From: Acidimicrobiia bacterium | GTDB lineage: Bacteria > Actinomycetota > Acidimicrobiia > Acidimicrobiales > Bin134 | Assembly (NCBI GenBank): GCA_022827405.1 | Contig: JAJDTA010000175.1 | Location: 8,142 to 72,141 of the forward strand | DNA: 64,000 nt | Direction: 5' to 3' | Shown here: in pieces, positions 64,000 to 64,000 of the stretch | Position numbering within the stretch: position 1 is the stretch's first letter | How the letters are laid out: each line of letters opens with the position of its first letter | Notes under the pieces: model-generated | Told to the model about the DNA's origin: nothing | Database searches by the model: none | Seen by the model: the letters and a program-made list of their open reading frames with translations, nothing else | Position numbers and translations under genes: made by a program

Positions 64000-64000
64000 T

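Overview
High-GC actinobacterial chromosome segment. Gene content and order point to class Acidimicrobiia, and the secreted RCC1-repeat protein resembles those of sponge-associated lineages (both inferences). Housekeeping backbone: rpiB-glyA-wecA-atpZIBEFHAGDC, glpX, murA, iscS-mnmA, ligA, a PASTA kinase and gatCAB. Accessory content: (1) a 925-aa secreted metzincin with 14 RCC1 repeats, translationally coupled to ligA; (2) a small hotspot with an orphan HTH antitoxin and possible toxin remnant, a DUF222/HNH nuclease and vapBC; (3) a ~16 kb uncharacterised catabolic operon (34570-50889) ending in a UrtR-type MarR regulator; (4) inside that operon, an intact 1808-bp cargo-carrying IS1595 element (36967-38774, 8-bp TSD AACCATAA) with a promoter-like sequence at each TIR, the left one positioned to start a highly structured RNA ahead of a TM2-domain gene; (5) a low-GC defence-like island at the right edge with a DUF5131 three-Cys protein, its TcmP partner (broken by a frameshift and an IS3 insertion) and the 3' part of a restriction-modification-like gene. 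No tRNA, rRNA or CRISPR array was seen. All calls come from motif recognition by eye; no database searches were run.
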